Part shown: positions 1 to 64,000 of the stretch, one piece after another
How the letters are laid out: each line of letters opens with the position of its first letter
Numbering within the stretch: position 1 is the stretch's first letter
DNA from: Octopus sinensis
Lineage: Eukaryota
Direction: 5' to 3'
NCBI RefSeq assembly: GCF_006345805.1
Contig: NC_042997.1
Location: 71,672,001 to 71,736,000, forward strand
DNA: 64,000 nucleotides
The notes under the pieces: model-generated
What the model was told of the DNA's origin: nothing
Seen by the model: the letters and a program-made list of their open reading frames with translations, nothing else
Database searches by the model: none
Made by a program: the position numbers and the translations under genes

Positions 1-159
1 CCAAAATAACAAGTAGTCAATTGAAACTTCGAAATTTTCCTCCTTGTCCCTTTTGATATGAATTCTCATCAATGCTAACGGTTTTCTACTCATTAAAATT
101 TTCGTTTTATATGTCAACACGTAATTATCAAATTAAATGTGAGATTACTGAAACCATAC

Positions 160-61247
<61,088 letters not shown>

Positions 61248-61531
61248 CTGAAATAAACGAATGTAAAATTATACACATGACTGAATAGATACGTTGCTGT
61301 GCATACACGCGTGTGAGTATTTCTTTCCTTCAGCCTACTGCTTGCCCATCGCTAAGCGGGTGCATTGGACGGCACTCCTCCCACCCTCACTGTTCCATGG
61401 TGCTCCCTCAAATTTAGAAAATACAGCTTACAAAATAGTGCCCACCCATACCAAAATGTGGTGACAGGTCTGGCCTACTGGTCGATCTGTCTGTCTACCT
61501 TCCTGTCTGTTTCTCTCTCTTCCTCTATTTC

Positions 61532-61606
<75 letters not shown>

Positions 61607-61623
61607 CTATCTATCTATCTATC

Positions 61624-61673
<50 letters not shown>

Positions 61674-64000
61674 TTATCTATCTCAATCAATCTATCAATC
61701 AACCTTCGATGTGGTTGGACAACCAATCCCAAGTAGTCGGAATTCACAATGCACGTTGTACTATTCATCCTTTCGATCGCTCAATACGAAACATGGCACG
61801 CGAGACCGTTCTGATGATTTTCTTGCGTCACCTCGCAAGATAAACGTATTTAAAGGACAGGAGCAACGTGAAATGAAGTGCTTTGCTCAAGAACGCAACG
61901 CACTGCTGGTCTGGGAATGGAAATCACGACCTTGCGATTGTGAGTGTATCACTCTCACTACTCCGCCACGCGCCTTCACACAATCTATCTGTCTGTCTGT
62001 CTGTATTTATGTATGTCTGTCAGTCGGTCTGTCTATATGTCTGTCTGTAAGAATGCATGCATGTATGTATATATATATGTTTTTTTCTATCGTCATCGTC
62101 TATCGACATGTCTTGTAAACAGAGATATATTTATGTATGGTGAAATGAATACAGTTGTTAATAAATAATACACACCAGCTAAATTGTTTGAGTGTCTAGC
62201 ATATCACAATATCTTAGGAAACTTTTCTAATTACCATAAGTTGACGATATAAATAACTGTCCAAAACATACAAACAGAATGTCTTGTTAACAGTCACACC
62301 TAACAGAATATAATCCCCGAAGGAAAACTTTTGGGTAAAGACAAGCATTTGAGAAGTAAGATGATCTTTGACTCTCTTTCACTCGGTAATTTGTTCTGGT
62401 TGTCTTGATAACATTTTGCTTATGGAGTTAGCATGCTGCAAGGAGCATTCTAAATTTATACACTGTTTTATGATGTGGCTATTTATTGCCACTCGCAGAC
62501 TGAAACCTGCTGGAAGTAAGGCCGTGCCCATGACCCTTTTCGAGGTGTCCGTAATTGGTGACAAAAAGCTAGAAAATATTATCATTCTGGAAACGTGTCC
62601 CGAACGCATACAACACACAGGATTTCATTAAAGGCAATTATTAGTTATAAGGAGGAGTTAAACTTGGTGACGTATTATGTCTACAACGAAACTGGCATTC
62701 ACAAATATTCCGCCAACCAAATTTCACTCACAAGGCTTTGGTTGGTCCGATGCTATCGTAGAAGACGAAGTTCTGCCCATTGGAAGCTAGCCTGAAAACA
62801 TGTAGTTTCGAAACAAACGCCTAAACTACGAAACGAAGGAAATAATGATGAAAAAACTTTAGAAAATGTAGATGTATTTTGGTTGACGTAGTAAAATAGT
62901 ATTATTTATAAATTAACTAAATTATACTTATTTCTTGTGTGCCAATGGTGGTAGGATTTATTATTCCTTTTACTTTGAGATCGCCATTTCCAAAATATTT
63001 TGTTGATTTAACACTCCAAGTTAATAAAATCTTTCTCGAATAAAAAATAACACTAGTGTTTCAATCATGTTTGTCTAGAATTGAATGATTGTCAGAGTAA
63101 ATTATTCCGAAACGAATTTGATGAATAACTTACTCGGAAAACAATTAGCGGATTTTGAACTTGATCCCATAAGCCAGTAAGAGAATTTTTGCTTCTGTAT
63201 TTTACTGAACATTGAATCCCATGCCTGAAATTGAATCCCATGATCCATGGTTGCAGGCTTTATCATACGTAATTTCAACTTGTAGTTTTTGTAATCTTAC
63301 TCGATGAGCCGGGCCAATAAAGGTCAAATGTATTGTTTTGGGTCACAATGTAATGTCTCCTCCAATCAGTTACAAACAATGAATAATTCGGCTCATAGTT
63401 TATATCTAATGGCAGTTAAGGACTTCACTATTAAGTCGCAGACAATTTCGGATGTGATTCATTATTTCAACAAAAAATTTTAAGTGGACGTCAGCATTTT
63501 CAGAAACGAGAAAAAGATAACGGAAGTTAAGAATCGCTTTAGTGGGCTATTTTTGTCGAAAACACTTTAATAGAAATCCAGGCTTCTGGTGTCTGTTTTA
63601 TTATTTATCACAAGATGCAAGTTTTTTTTCGGCAAGTTTTCCTAGATGTTTCTTTCATCTGAAATCGCCCACAATAAATCTGAGAGGAAGAGTTGTGACT
63701 GTCAGTCTAATGTGAATTTTTGTTCACACAATTGCACTCATGTTTTTCTCTAATCAAGTTGTGATATGATGCCTTTCCAATCAGTATTAGTAACGTGTGC
63801 AAAACAACTTCACTAAATATAGTTAAACCAGTGAGCTTATGGAGCCATCAAAGCAGTGGAAAATTACTTTGCGGTATTTGTTCCAGCTTTTAACATCCTG
63901 ATTTCAAATGCTGCTAAGTTCAGCTTTGCCTTTCATCTTTTCGGGATCGATAAAATAAAGTAGTAGCCAAAAACTGGAGTCAATGATAACGACTAATCCC

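Noticed and set aside
128-159. Read-through of the last donor to a stop (VSVISHLI*) as an alternative C-terminus
   Set aside because: There is a good GTATGG donor and a PLAC exon is expected downstream; there is no transcript evidence for intron retention.
62340-63800. Possible decayed LINE (an IVGDF endonuclease-like word on the minus strand)
   Set aside because: A single short motif with no consistent frame; insufficient support.

Overview
AT-rich, microsatellite-laden eukaryotic DNA, probably from an octopod cephalopod (inferred from the SINE families and repeat landscape). The window is the interior of one minus-strand gene, an ADAMTS16/18-like secreted metalloprotease. I found 13 internal coding exons (1960 nt, about 653 codons) between 61247 and 160, all GT-AG and phase-compatible. 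They encode the disintegrin-like domain, central TSP1, Cys-rich domain, spacer and five further TSP1 repeats. The catalytic domain and the expected PLAC exon lie outside the window. Introns make up about 97% of the span and hold three Penelope-like element (PLE) relics, one with an open RT + GIY-YIG frame. They also hold a FLYWCH/MULE DNA transposon with a 10-bp TSD, two GG-ended MITEs with 8-bp TSDs and telomere-like repeats (one an 817-bp foldback), a Helentron-type element, fragments of RTE, L1/Tx1, R4/Dong and Tc1 elements, and many tRNA-derived SINEs. The most interesting signals are three minimal type-I hammerhead ribozyme folds with palindromic stem III. Two of them, in related modules 50 kb apart, carry the covarying U3/A8 core (UUGANAA) in place of CUGANGA. 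Other highlights are a near-perfect 728-bp duplication bracketing the open-frame PLE, twin highly structured ~550-nt retroposons, and several long hairpins. No CRISPR arrays, rRNA genes or true tRNA genes were found. All alignments and folds were done by eye.
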